Positions 1 to 13,976 of a DNA stretch of 64,000 bases are shown piece after piece. Numbering within the stretch: the first letter of the stretch is position 1; each line of letters opens with the position of its first letter. The position numbers and the translations under genes are program-made. Source of the DNA: Balanoglossus misakiensis (Eukaryota > Animalia > Hemichordata). The notes below the pieces were generated by a model. That model made no database searches. It worked only from the letters and a program-made list of their open reading frames with translations, and was not told the origin of the DNA. The stretch lies in the NCBI GenBank assembly GCA_040954595.2, contig CM082589.2:4788213-4852212 (forward strand). The letters run 5' to 3'.

Positions 1-2121
1 TGCACGCCACGCTTCCTTGGTTGTACCAGAGGACACTTGTAGACGTATCGATCGACTACATGTCGATTTCGTAACTGGATACACACCTGTCATTTGTTTT
101 CCGATATCTTTCAAACACGATCAACTTGAGAGGAAGATTATGAGTTTCCATCTTCTAAGGGAACGCTCACGCATTCATTCCGGGGGCGGGCGGGTTAAGG
201 GCATTATCGTCCTCGAGGGGAAAATACCCATTGCGACCAGTTTGCTACATCAAAATAAAATCCGCATTTCTTTGAATGATCACACGACATATCCTTAGCG
301 ACGCATTGAGGTCATATATGGTTATGTTTTTAAATCGCGTTATTTAAACCTGAACTCCCAGAGTTGAAGTACATGCTATCACAACCTTGACCGTGGGGCA
401 AAGAATGCCAAAACTACTGATTTTATTTTGACGTAAACAGAATCTCTGTTTGCGTCAGTATGATGGGGTGGCGTCAATCAAGAAATAAGAAAGCCGCGAT
501 TGTAAAACGTGGAACTCGGGGGAAGGGGACAAGTATAATATATCAGAATTTCTTCCAAAATTACTAAATGGCAGACTCAGGGCACTAGTGAACAATTACG
601 AATGAGCTGCACTCTGATTATCTACAGAGCAAACGTTTGCATCAAAGCAATCTTGCCTATCATTTTCAAACAGATAAAAATAGAACACTCAACGGACGGA
701 TAAATCAACCTCGCGATTCGCTACGCATCACGGACTGAGAAATCTGGTAATAATGCTTCTATTCCGTTTCAGAGATCGTTGTATGGGATTCACACACATG
801 CATTTCAAACGCTTCTGAAACGTCCCAGGTCAAATACGGGCATAAATTATTATGTGTGAACCGGGTTAAGTGTCCTTGAACATTTCAGGCTTTGTCGGCC
901 AGACCCGAGTAAAGGATTAACACCTCTCCGCAACCCACTGTCTACAAGGCAAATAGTGCATCTGGAATGTTTCTAGTTTTACCCAGTGTGAACGTGGTAA
1001 TGGTCACGTGTTCAGGCAGACAATGATGCTGACCAGCCTTCACAAGAGTTCATTTATCGTTGTTGATTGAAATCGCTTCATTATCAGAGATTTGTTTTTA
1101 TAACGATTTGTCACATGGAACGATGTCTCAAAATGCGAAAGGTAAACTGTTTATGTAAAATGTTTTGAACTTTGTATGCATTGAGTTAGGATGAGACCGC
1201 TAATATGAATCATCATCGATTTTGACAGCATTTTTTACTGGGGTAGGTTACCAGAAATATTCATCGTGAGAAAAAAAAGAATAAAGTATTATAGAGCTCT
1301 GGGTTATACTGTGATTTGCAATAAGCGAAATGCCATTGAGTTCGCTCAGCAGAGTGCAATAGATTGCAAGATGCGCGGTACAGTTCCCCATCAAAATAAT
1401 AACCATGTGGGCTACCCACCGCTGGCTGTTGATCGCTCGGTTTATTGTGGCATCCGATATATTTTTACTACTAATACCAAAACATTTTTTCAGTAAATTA
1501 AAATGCTCTATTCTCTATGTCGGCTCCCGTAAAGGGGTAATCATTTTTAAGACCCAGCTGAATTTCACGTATATTCCATATTAAAGAGTTCGTTCATTTA
1601 TGTACAAACATAACATACCCAGCGGTAACTATAAATGAGACGTATATAAAAACATGCAGCCTGTAGCATTATGACGAAGGAATGCACTTTTCATCATTGT
1701 GGCTCGGCAGCCCTTTGCGACAAATACCAATTATCGATCGACATGTACAGTACTGCAAAAATAATATGCCCTCTTTCAAAAGCAGAACTTTTTGAAACAA
1801 GGTTCTAAGACAGACGGCAACGGTCGTCAAAGCCTCATCGCTTCCGCATTTTCGGTCAAATTGTTGTCTACTTATCGTTGCTGTTATCATTGATGCTTTT
1901 TCACGGTGGTGGGTTTCTGAGTAGACACTACACGGTCGACCAACTGTCCGCATGGTTACGAATTCAGATATTTGTAATGCAACGACAGATGGATAGGGCG
2001 AGGAAAGATAAAGTCATAGATGTGTCAATTTGCGAAAAACAGCATCTATCTTGAACAGGGAACTCGAGAACGACAGATCTGACTGAGTATTGCATTCGTA
2101 TTTGGACGTTAATCAAGTTAT

Positions 2122-2176
2122 TTCAAGGCCCCTTACTTGACACTGAGCAGGTTCAAGGCTATTTGCCTGACACTGA
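2122..2176. repeat. Degenerate 30-bp tandem duplication
   Basis: ttcaaggccccttacttgacactga... / ttcaaggctatttgcctgacactga. Confidence 0.6.
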
Positions 2177-3310
2177 ACTTTAACTGGCATTGTGACTGTG
2201 AATATTTCCACGCATGGCGACAAATGCGTATCCTAGTCTCGATTTTTGTTTTAATTTATCATGTGTCGGTATTAGGCAGGAAAACGCTCGGATTTCAAAC
2301 ATGTCACCTCGTGTGAGAGGACCACACCCTATCAGTTTCAGAGGTTAAAAGTCTTGATTAGGACTTATCGCAAGATGACCGTACACATACGATTGTCTGT
2401 GAGGGTCGATTAACGCCATTAGTTTGATAAGTTGCGTCGTAATCCCCAAAGTCTGCCCGAGACGTATATCAACCGTCGAACGACACCATCTAGATCATGT
2501 GACTAATTCCCTGGATTACTATGGATACCAAAGCTGACATGTACTTCGTGTGACACGTGACCATAGAGTAGTGTGGACAACATGTTGTTAACCAGATCAG
2601 TGTAACGTGGACATTAACACCTGTTTTGGCCAGAATTCCAACACAAATAAAGATGTTACACTGTTTCCCCGCGATGAAATATGAATTTCCCCGCTTGTCG
2701 GTCTGTTCTTGAGTGAAATTAGATGGCACCCGCTGTTATCTGCCTTCCAATGGCCTCGTCTGCAACAACCGGTAATGCGTGTAATGATGTGCGCTGTTGT
2801 GATCTCTCTCAAGTTGCAGCATTTATAACGCGCAAATCAGAGCGTTATTTATAGGTTAAACCGCGCTGCTTGAAAACCGTGAGCCTTTTGTCAGTCATAG
2901 GCCAACAAGCCAAACCAGCACGATTACTTCAGACAGGCAGCTTCTTCACATTGAAAGGAAGATTTATGCAAATAGTGATTGATATTGCGACCTAGGCGGA
3001 TAAGCGGGATTTTTATCATCTTCGCCAACAACAAATTTTGTAGTTTATGGAGCTGGCTTTGTCTTACTGAGATTTTGTTCACGGTGCTCTAAATCATCCC
3101 ACCGAAAAGAATTACACATAATCCGACTAATGAGTCAGTTGACGAGAGAGCAGTACACAAACTTAGCCTATTCTCCACAAATGTGTGTAATTATTAGTCC
3201 CCACAGACGAAGTCCAGGGACTAATAGATTGTTCTTCGTCTGTCTCTCATACATACCTGGACCTATTCCATCCAAACTTGATGCAAGGACAATGTGCCAT
3301 GACGTACATT

Positions 3311-3353
3311 ATGCTTCTCAATTTGTGTTGCGATATGGTCCAATATGGCCGCC
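3311..3353 (-). repeat. Interspersed repeat family C fragment
   Basis: Reverse complement ggcggccatattggaccatatcgcaacacaaattgagaagcat matches 5711-5753 at 32/43 ungapped. Confidence 0.55.
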
Positions 3354-5710
3354 ATGTTAGATCTGGATGACAGTTGAGACTAGGTCATCGACAACGACTT
3401 GTTTTATGTTTTCTGGCGGAGGGAAATTTGATATTTCAAATTCATGAGCTATGCTAATTTAAATAAATTATTCAAACGGGCCTCAGCTCTTCACCTAAAT
3501 TGCAACTGGGTCGTTAGCAATATGAACGGCAAGATATTTATGCCAGCACAAATTGAAATGACTTGTCGACCTACTTGCCTACACGGCACGCCTCTGAACA
3601 GCTAGTAGTGTTATTTGATGGTTCGTTCGGGTTTCTGTTTTACACATTATAAGGAATAAACAGTAAAAAGCAAACAGAGAAGACAAATATCTCCTCATTT
3701 TTACCCTAAAGCTATATTTATTCAGTGGAAATACTGTACTGTGAAAAGTATGGATTCTGTAAAATGTGATTTACGAACCAGTTGTGTTTTTTGGCGCTTG
3801 TAATACTCAATAGCTACATTTGTAAAGAGCAACAAAATCTCGTCTCTGAAATAAGAATAACATTTTTTGTTTTCATGTCGCACCTGTGTTTTATTAGGTT
3901 ACGAATGGACCACATAACTGCAACGCGGGGTTTTATGGACACGAAGTAGGTTGGCGAATTCATCGCATCCAGGAAAAGGTACGTTCAATATAAATTTGGT
4001 CGCAGCTCCAACTGTATACATGGCCAGTTTGCTGCCAGGGCTTCATTGGCGCAAACAGTTCTGTACATACATGTACACCATTAGGTAAAATAGTGTAAAA
4101 ATAACGTGAAAAGTAGTTTTAACTTTGCGTTTCATAAAGAAAGACCCCCGTACACATTTTTGTTCACCGCCAACTCATTTACGGTCACAAACCGCAGAAG
4201 CACGCCTTCATATCAAATAGCAGCGGTCGACACGATCGGCGTTAAACAGCTGTGAAAACCATTTCAGACTTGTCAGTGGAATTCAAAGCCACTTCACCTC
4301 GGATGCGTTCGTAATTAAAGCGATTCGATCTCGCGTAGGATCGCAAGGGCATGCGCAACTGGCCAACCTCTCCCCCAGGCTCGTCCAAGGGGAATCCCTG
4401 ATAGAGTGGATAGTATCTTAAATGAAAATCACGCGTCTTTTCTGATCTCCAGCTAACCGCGGACGGACATCTTTGATCAGAATCGATGCACACCTTCCTT
4501 GTGTTATCAATTTTGAATCCAATATTCCTCAAACCGTTTCAGCGTAGCGTAACGCGTCCCAATAATTCTGTCTGTCCATGTCCTTTAGCTGTGGAAAGGT
4601 GAATGTTCTCTCGGCTTGCGAAACACTTCGCAACCGGACAAATCATGCTCCGTCTGCTAGGTTTTAACTAGGTTACGAGTCGGCGAATCAAAAGTGATAA
4701 CTTTATTTTCTTAATGTCTGGAGGCAAAGGGCACACAGTCATTCAACGTGGGTGATTTTGATAGGTGGAAATCGGTCACACCTGGCTGACACATGTAACA
4801 TTATCACTTAATGATTAGCATAGAATGATAACGAAGTCTAGCAGCATAAATTACGCAGGGTGACCCGAGAAGAAATTGTCCAACGCGATCCTCACGTCAC
4901 TGCATGCGTGAACAACTATCAAAACATGCACTCGACGTCAGAAATAAAATACTTTACATGGGTCCTCTTGAGTGTCCTGCGGCCCTCCAAAAAATGTCCG
5001 GAATTTCAACCTACAGCGCCTGGGTTTTCATGTGTGGCTAACGCGATTATTTTCAACTAATTCATGTTATTAAATCACCGAGACACGTGTTACTCTGCGT
5101 GGTTTGTCAGACATGCTGACAAACATCCCAAACTCCGACTGTGATTCCTTAAGACTCAGAATAATATTTTCATGTGATATTTGTTTGACCGATATTCTGT
5201 CTGAATAGTTTGGCTAACGTGGGTTCGTAAAACTATTATGTATTGATGTGGGCTATTTCATTGATGGATAGGGTTGAGAAAAATAATTGGAAACGGTAAA
5301 AAACGTTTGTATCACCATTTTATTGATTTACATTTAAATGACATGTTGATAGGTTAGACCACCCTGTGATGCGGCCATGTTATTAACGATGTCGTAGTCC
5401 ACGCTGAATAATCAGATAAATCATTGGTTTGGCCCCCTTAACGCTCTTACAATTTTTGTGATTTCCGTTCCTCCACTAAGTGGTCCATTCTAAGTGCGTT
5501 AGTAAAGGCAAGGCAACAGTTAGTCTAAACATGACAGAGTGAGTCTAAGGTCTTACTGTAAAGTGTCTTACTAATGGCCTAAGTAAATGAAAATCTGACG
5601 AGTGACATAGACAAGGCTTCTAAAAAATTGCTGTGCAATCAGTAATGGGACATTTTGAAAATAATCATGGACGAAATAGTTTTAATGCGAAAACCCTTAA
5701 ATGGTCGACT

Positions 5711-5753
5711 GGTGGCCATATTGGATCGTATTGCAAAAGCAATTGTTCTGCAT
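5711..5753 (+). repeat. Interspersed repeat family C fragment
   Basis: ggtggccatattggatcgtattgcaaaagcaattgttctgcat; inverted partner at 3311-3353. Confidence 0.55.
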
Positions 5754-7647
5754 GCGAACATTATACTTGTTCTCCATGTTGGAAGATATTTACTTCTTCA
5801 AAGTTGGATGTTGTGTCATATGGAGATTTCATTTATTAATAGATGATGGATCGTCACATTTGACATACCTGTCATAAGTAATGTCACACTTTTAAGTTGG
5901 GGAAATTAGATATCAACTTTTATCAGTAATACTCCAAGATTAGCATCTTTTCTGTGCAATCTAGGTGTGGTTGTAATAACTGAAAGCTCCCTCAAGTGGA
6001 CGTTCAAGGTCATACTTAATGAATCAAACAACCCAGTCTGTTGATTGTATTAAATGTGGGTGTCGTCTGAACTGCACATGCGCGACTTTTCTGTTTATAA
6101 ACACACTATCGGGCATTGTTCCCATTGTTCAGAGAGATCCTGCTGACCAATACCGCATTGTTTGTAATGATGTACATGTACATTTGTACATTGTATCATA
6201 GACTGTCTGTGATTGTGGCAGGTATTCACTGTGCGACTACTTTGACTTGCTGGCAACTGTTTCGAATGGGACCCGTACCCGCATACACATTACGTATCCC
6301 ACAATGCACACACAATTTTAGAACGTTAGACGCAGTTAGACCAGATTGTCTGAAACAGGTTGTTGAACTCGTCATCGAAGTCAAACTACACACTCTGCTG
6401 TTGAGCGACAAGACACAGGCAAAAAATCTTCCCTGCGACGGAAACAAGCGCCTCGCATGAACGGTAACGGTGATTGTCTCACACTAAATGTAGTTACGAT
6501 CACGGAAGTGTTTTGGGTACTTGGGGAAATAAACGTTCGTTAAAGCACGCCTCTGTACAACCGCCCTGTTTCTCAAATCATTAGATAATCCACATCTGAT
6601 TTTGTTAAAACACGCTCTCTCAATTTGATTTAGTCCTAGCTTTCTCTATAATGCTCCCGGTGAGATTGTTAGATCAAATTTGCAAGCGTTGGCCATTAAC
6701 CATTCAAATAGACGGCCGTAGCTCCAAGCGCTAGGTATCTCTGTTGAGATCAGATACAATCAAGTGTCATGACAACACACTGCCAAAAACTATGCTGATC
6801 TTTGAAAAAGTTTGGTTGGCATATCTCCATGGTCGCAATTACAGTAACAAAGTGTACTTTTAGTATCTTGTAGTAGCGTGAGTAAGTGTTCTAAATATGT
6901 TATCTTTGCACTTTACGATAAAGGTAGACGGTCACCCATTTCCGCTAACCAATCCCTGGTGATTTGATTTCCATTACGACAACGTGTACATCCTTTGGTT
7001 AGTATAAAAGCTGAGAGAAGTATCGATCATCTGCCTTTAAAAAAAAAAATCACACGTAACAACACAAAACAACGTTTCTGCCCACGTCACATTTTCTCCT
7101 TCCCCGGTTCACCCGTGGTCGTTCAACCTCGTCTGTGTTGCCGCCAGGACGCCAAGTCTATCATGGCCGACGAGAGTCTGCGTGATCTTTCAGTTTTAAT
7201 GGATGACGGTTTAACATCAGTGACCCAAGCGTCGTGCGAAGTTTCACTCACGCGCGTCGTCGGCCCAGTCCGGTGCACCTCGGCGCGTCCTCCACAGCTC
7301 GTTAGCGACTTCCCGGAGTCATCCATCTCAAGTACTCCCCAAAGAATCGGAATCTTTGGCTAGCTTTACCCTCATCATACGATCTCATTCACTGGTCAAA
7401 GCCGCAGTTCCTTTTCGAGGTCATATGCGTGACCATCGTTTCCGAGTCAAGGCCTGTCATGTCATCTATAGGGAGCTCGAGCACCTGCCCAACACTCTTT
7501 TCAAAACAATTGATACTATATTTCCCAGAAGGCCTTATAAAATATTTAATCCGATTGCTTAATTGGAAACCAGTGGAGCATATATGCACATTTCGAACAA
7601 AATGGGCAACCTGTACTATAAAAGTAAAGAAACCTGCACATGCTCTA

Positions 7648-7674
7648 ATTATTATTATTATTATTATTATTATT
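7648..7674. repeat. (ATT)9 microsatellite
   Basis: Read directly from the sequence. Confidence 0.95.
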
Positions 7675-10600
7675 TGACAAAGTTGACTACTTGCCTTCGG
7701 ACAAATCGATCACAAATGTGAACGTGTATAAAATTGTGTTTGAACGTAATATGATGTCTCAATACTTTTAACAAACTACAAGCAATATCGATCTCATACG
7801 TAATTATTTGTCTTGATATTTCACCGTCATGCGTGTGTGGTGAACTTGATAGGACAATTACTAGTACTTACTATATATGTCGGCTTTATGGGGCTGAGAG
7901 ATGTGTCATGTCTCGCCATGGCCTGATAGCGCACGCCGTCATCAACCAGTTGAATCTTCTCGCTCGCTCCCGATGCCATGAAACCCAAGAGACGTACCAC
8001 GGATTAGTCACGCTGGCATCCTGTCTCCTCAGTTTTGGCTGGAAATATCCATAGTACGGTCTCGGTCGGCACTAAGCTATTGACTTTTGCAGTAGCACTT
8101 GTTAACCTCTGTTCGGAGCAGTAGGCTGGTGACAGCAGTCGCGGGCTAAATGTCACCCGCTTAATGCCGCGAGTTCACGCTAGCAGCTACGGGAGGATAA
8201 CTTGTCGCCACCGATCAAGCAGCGTTTTGGCTTGCAGATGATCGGGTGAATGAACTGATTGCCGTCAATTATAGGAGGGAAAGGCGCGCTTGGAGATTCA
8301 GCTGGTTCCGTTGGTTGACGAAGGCCGCCGCGCTCAAGTGAGAAATCTAGATCACGCACCGACGGCGACCGACTTTGCCGTCCCGATACCTTATTGATAA
8401 CTTTGATTTGACATTTTAGGCAGAAAAGTTACAGTTCATGTTCGATCTTGCACATTGTGGTGGGGCCACACGTTTTGTCGATTATTTTTGCTTTTAAATA
8501 TCGCCATTGTACTCACCGCAAGACTAATTTAGTCGCGCTGCTAGAGATTTTAGCTTCAAAGAAATGCACCACATTGTGCGTGATATTGAGTTCAACTGCA
8601 AATATGGTTCTAAACGTGAGGCGCAATAGGCCTGAGCAGAGCAACAATACCCCTGCCGTTGACGTTGTACAGAGCTGTAAACACAGCCATCCGTTATCCT
8701 ATCAATTCTACTTTCGTCCCAGAGTGATTATTCCTGCCGGATGCGATAGATCATGTTTGTTTGTTGCCATGGAAATCACTCAGTTGTTTTGTTTGCTTGC
8801 GCAGTAGAACACTGTGCGGGCTTCCCCTATTGTGGTCAAGCGTTTTGCGTGTTCTGGATCGATGTATTATATTTCACGTTTAAGTCGATATACCAATAGC
8901 GCTGTTAATGGTGCCAGCAGAGTGCTGGAAATGTGCCTTTTCTCTCGAACCATCACAAAAGAACCCACTTCAAGGCAACTGCTAAACATTCTTGAATAAC
9001 ATTTGTTTTGAAAAGAGTAACACGGAAGCAAAATAAAGACAGCAAAAAATACACTGAAATATGGCGGGAAAATAGTTTCATCGATCGGGTTAAACTGTAA
9101 TGTATACGGGTTAATATGTCAAACAGTAAGCTTTGATACACGTGAGAAGATTCGCATTCGACTGTTTGGGATTTATGCTGGTGTTTTTAATTCCATGATC
9201 CTTCGCCCGAAATTACTGAACTGGTAGATTTATTGTCGTCGAACACGAACGCGCAGAAGGAAAACTAATTTATCAGAGTATCTGAAATTGTACTTTCAAA
9301 GTTGACTAGATATAGGAGCGCCGGTATTGTTGATATATGTTGTGGTTTATTCGGGCGTCAGTGACGAGAGTGGTCGTCTGTCGTTGGGGGCGTGAACGTC
9401 AGCAAATTGTGTGCCCAGTCGCGTGTACAAACACTACGAACCGCAGAGGTGGTAGGCTTGACAGGGAACACCGCGCGCGCACATCGGACAACTTCCAACA
9501 ATCTGATCACACCGTTGAACGGCGAACACTTCCCCAACTGTTTCTGAAGACAATCAGGAAGACGAACATTCGTTCCCATAAGCCTGTTCGTGTCTGACAA
9601 TCAAGAAGTTTACAAGTCGTTAGAGTGAGTCTACTACGTCGTCCCTGGCTTTAATAGAGAGCCGAGATCGTTCTGAGAGAAAGGTATGTTGGCATGTACT
9701 AGAAGTATCTTGTTAGAAGGAAGCCCACGCATGCATGCATCAGAAGTGTACATGTAACTCGGACGAATGCCTCTCCCATGAAGAAATACCACAACCTCCG
9801 TTGGTTCGATTACCCCCAAACACCATAATCAGAAAACGCCAGCGTCGATGAGTTGCCGCGCACACTGTGACTTTTGTACGTTTTTTTGCGTTCAGAGTCG
9901 CGTAGTCGAGCCTTCCTCCCCCGACGTCGCGGTCAAGTGAGCGCACGATAAAAATAAGCGGAAACGATAACACTCAAAATTTAATTAACGCACTACTAAA
10001 AACGTTCCACATTTTATGTTCTCAGAAGCGATGTAAAATCACTGTTGCGTTTCATGGCCACGATAAGCAGAGAGACCGCCGTCCTCGAGAGTTTACGGTG
10101 TAATAGTCGCGGCTGTGCTGGCAATAAAACATCGCTGTTCAGGCATAATTTCCCCTGCCGCCGCGCATGAAATATTTATCTCTGCGAAAAGTGCAAACTT
10201 GCTCACAAGCTTGTAAAGAGCCGCGCACATGTATTAGTGTATATGTTAGCGCTCCAAAAGCGTGTAAAGTGGGCTAATACGTGATGGAAGGCAAACGTAC
10301 GCGTGCGTCTGTCGCGTTGCATTTTTGTAGGAACAGACTTATGGGGCAAACGTCATTGAATTTGACACGTTGGTTGATGGTAAAATGTAGCCTAGATATA
10401 CTGCAGCACACGAGTAAGCACGTGTTGATTTTTTAAAATCGAGAAATAATCTGAACAACGTGTTTATATGTTTACACCATGTGAAAAGAATTTTAATGAC
10501 AGCGTGCCTAAAGTAAAATGATCATCCTTGTTTGCACCTGCGCATTCCGTATGTAACTGAACTTGAGTGACCCTCTTACCTACCGGAGTTTTGTCGCCAA

Positions 10601-12854
10601 ACACAATCATACAAATCGTCAGAAATTTCCATTACCTTTTAACCTGTGTTAAACCCTCAAAGCGAAAAAAGGGGGTTAATCGGTGAGCTTGGCAGCAGGC
10701 CATGATTAGTGCAAAAATAGCCGATACGAAGTGGCAAGAGCTTGACGATAAAAATGGAATTCTGTCAAAACATGAAAGAGCGGAAAGGGTTTCCAATTTG
10801 AGTGATTGTAGCTGTTGAGTGATGATCAGAGAGTAATATGTGTGGCCCCGATCAGTGTATCGCGCTAGCATCGGAGAAGGCAATCTTCTACAAATAGTAG
10901 ACTTGGCACTGGTGTGAAAGACACATGTATCGCCACGGCGTCCAGATTACCGAAAATTCACTATGGAAACCAATCACCCAGCACGGGTCCCCCTCTCGTC
11001 CGCGAACTCGTCCGCGAGATAACGTGACCGCTGTGACACGCTTCACATGTATTATTTATAACATTTTAATTTGATCCCCAGATCGTTTTAACTACTGGGC
11101 GAGCGTGAGAGAGCCCAGGGGTTATAATCTCGAAGTATTGCGTCTTTCAAACAAATTAAACTATACCCAGTCCAGCACAGGTGATGGGGGCGACTTTGGT
11201 AGCAGAAATGCCTGTTTCTTTGCTTGCAGGTTGTAACTTAATCTCTCCTACCAGTAGAATTGAATTAGCAAAAATCATAGGCTTTTCGCAGCAAATATAA
11301 ACACCGTACCGCCTTTCGTGTTTGTACAGTGTATTTACGTTTTCCCTTTCTGTGAAGTTCTCCATTGCCTTCGAGGATTTCTCACGGTTATTTGCTTGGC
11401 CCACGCACAGAACTTTACTACCTGCACTACCCACCAGCGAAATGGTCCACTCCCGTAGCCTGGCGTATTCAAGTCAATATTTTCACGTACGTAAAAATAA
11501 GAAGCGTAAAAAAGAAACTTTCTTGTACAAATTGAATTTATGGCAGCGTGGGTATTGTATCACCTGGTTCGTTCGTAGGGTTCTGTGTATACTTTCAAAG
11601 CACCATTGTGGAAAGTTCGCGCTGAAGGCCTGTGTCGTATGTTGTTCAAATTGGATTTCAACACAGACAAACGCAGTCTCAGCTGACGCCGCGGATATCT
11701 TTTAGTTTTGTACTTTACGTTTATTGCTGTCGAATATGTTTTGTAAATGAGAAATATTACGATCCTCTCGCTGTCAGAGTAGATTGTGTGTGCACTGAGC
11801 TCATGTCATTCCTCGTGATACACTTTCAGTTACACTAATCCAGTATCGCCATTGTTGTTTAGGCGAAATTTTCGGACGAATGAAAATACCTTCATTGTGA
11901 CTATGTCACTCAAGTTGACTGGCATGTGTTAACATGCCATTACATGTATGTGTCATCATGATAATTGTGTACGGTCCTCCTAGAAAAAAAACCGCAATCT
12001 GATTTACCTGAATATTAAACAAATTTTGCAACTACGTCATCGTTACGTCAGAGGCACTCGGGCAAACAACAGCACTTAGACTTTTGTCTAAGTTTATCAT
12101 ATCACAGCTATTGAAATGAATAACGCCGCAATAATAATTAATATTCAAATATTCACACGCGTGCAAGACCGAGAAGAACGCAAATAATTGGACTAGGCTG
12201 TGCTTCGTCAGTTTATTTTGTGTTTTTGTCCTGATATTGGGCTCCATTGAGAAGCAAGACAGAAAATAACACGGCATATTTGAAAGGAATATTTTTATCT
12301 AAAAATAACAGTATTTAGTACCCGATATTTTCTATTGACGACAATCACTTGAGGAAAATCGGTTTATTAAGGCTATGGCACTGGAACGATAAATTCACTG
12401 GGAATTGCAACTACATGTATCACATTTAGAACACCCTATTAGTCACGAGTATAATTAAGTTGGGCAAATCTATTTGACATACGGTGTAATGGCTAGAGCT
12501 ATTATTACAGGGATTGTTCTTAGATATGTCATAGAAATACAAATAAACGGTTAGAGTCCGTGTTCTTCAAAGTGTAATTACCTCAGTCGTAAATCAATGC
12601 ATTTCTCATGGTTGGGTACAGAGTTTACACCGCTGAACTCTTCAGTCAATCAAAACTTCATTAAATATCAATCCGTTTTCATTTATTAGTTATGTGTGTA
12701 TGAACCAATTTTCTGGGACAATTACGCCACATTTCAAAGGGCAGGCCTTTCAGTATCAAGGGATATGACTTTCTCAATGAATATTAATGATCAGTGGTGA
12801 GTCGTACTTCCCAGTTTGTATATACTCAGTGTGTTCCCTTTTCGTGGAACTCAC

Positions 12855-12920
12855 CGTGGCCGCCATCTTTGCCCGTAGTCGAGCTAACGACCCGTGCGAG
12901 CGGACGATGTGTGACCGCCT
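12855..12920 (-). other. Candidate first exon of a minus-strand gene (M-A-A-T, then phase-0 intron)
   Basis: Minus strand reads aaagATGGCGGCCACG|GTGAGT (ATG at 12866-12864, donor from 12854) in a CpG-rich patch. No downstream exons identified. Confidence 0.3.
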
Positions 12921-13860
12921 TCAAACATTCGTAATGATAGAGCTGTTAGTTCTATCTTTGAAAAGCTGTCTGTAGAATAGTCTTTCTACTAAATCTTAAT
13001 GAAAAGTTTGTTTTATTTTAACTTTAACTCGTTTATACTGTGTTATATGCAACGCACTGAGACGTGTATAGAGAGCACGTTTTAAGAACTACTTTATACG
13101 CCATCTTGTGTTGGCAAATGTTAAAGTAGTGCGAGGTAGTGAACTGGTCAGCGATATTAATGCGCGCATCAGGCCAGGCAGGAACATAATACAATGTAGC
13201 TGTCATGTAAAACAAGTCCGTCGCTGAATGCGCTGGCACCACCATTCTCTTCGGGAATACCGAGCTAGGTGAACGGCAAGCCCGGATTTCACGCACCACA
13301 AAGCTCAACCTTCAAATTTTCTCTGCAAGGTCCTGCAGGCACCATTCCGACCGGCACTTTGAGCTGCTCCCCGCCCGTTTCCTCCGGGCTTCGCGTGAGT
13401 GCGCGGGCATGTTTACTGGGAAGCGTGTGGCTCGGTCGGAAATGCTTATGTAGCCTGGTGTAAGCCCCGTAAACAATCCCCAAATTCAATCACACACTTT
13501 GGTGCATACTGAGAAATAAATCTTGTCCTTACGTTTCACCAAGTAGCGGATGACAGAGAAATTTCGATACCGTACTCAACATGTAAATGCAGTTTCGAGT
13601 TGATATCCCCGGATGAATCAAAACCATCCACCGGAAGCGACACGAGTTAACGTTAGGCAGAGAGCTTCAGGAAGACACCGATTCAATTAATTTTCTTATC
13701 ACTCACTCCCTTGGAGATTCCCCTAAGATGTGGGGGCAACAGACCTTTTTCCTAACTCCACGAGAACCCAGTTTAGATTCAATTGGAGGACATTCCTCAT
13801 GTGACACAGGGCGAGAAACACATGGCCCATCGTTTTAAACGAAACGAAATTTACAATTGT

Positions 13861-13976
13861 TGTTAAACTCTGCACCTGTTCTACTTTCATGCAAAGCACG
13901 ACTTGTATTACTTGGACAGCAACCCATTGCCATGGTAATTAACCAAGTCCCGCGAGATCTCGTAATGAGCGGAAAA
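13861..13976 (+). repeat. Interspersed repeat family B, copy 1
   Basis: 13903-13976 aligns ungapped to 52726-52799 at 61/74 identities by hand count; also aligns to the reverse complement of 24458-24544. Confidence 0.8.

Noticed and set aside
5102-5124. 9-bp hairpin gtttgtcag-acatg-ctgacaaac (also 61639-61667 and near-palindrome 11478-11499)
   Set aside because: Short isolated stems are expected by chance in 64 kb, and intrinsic terminators do not apply to this eukaryotic DNA.
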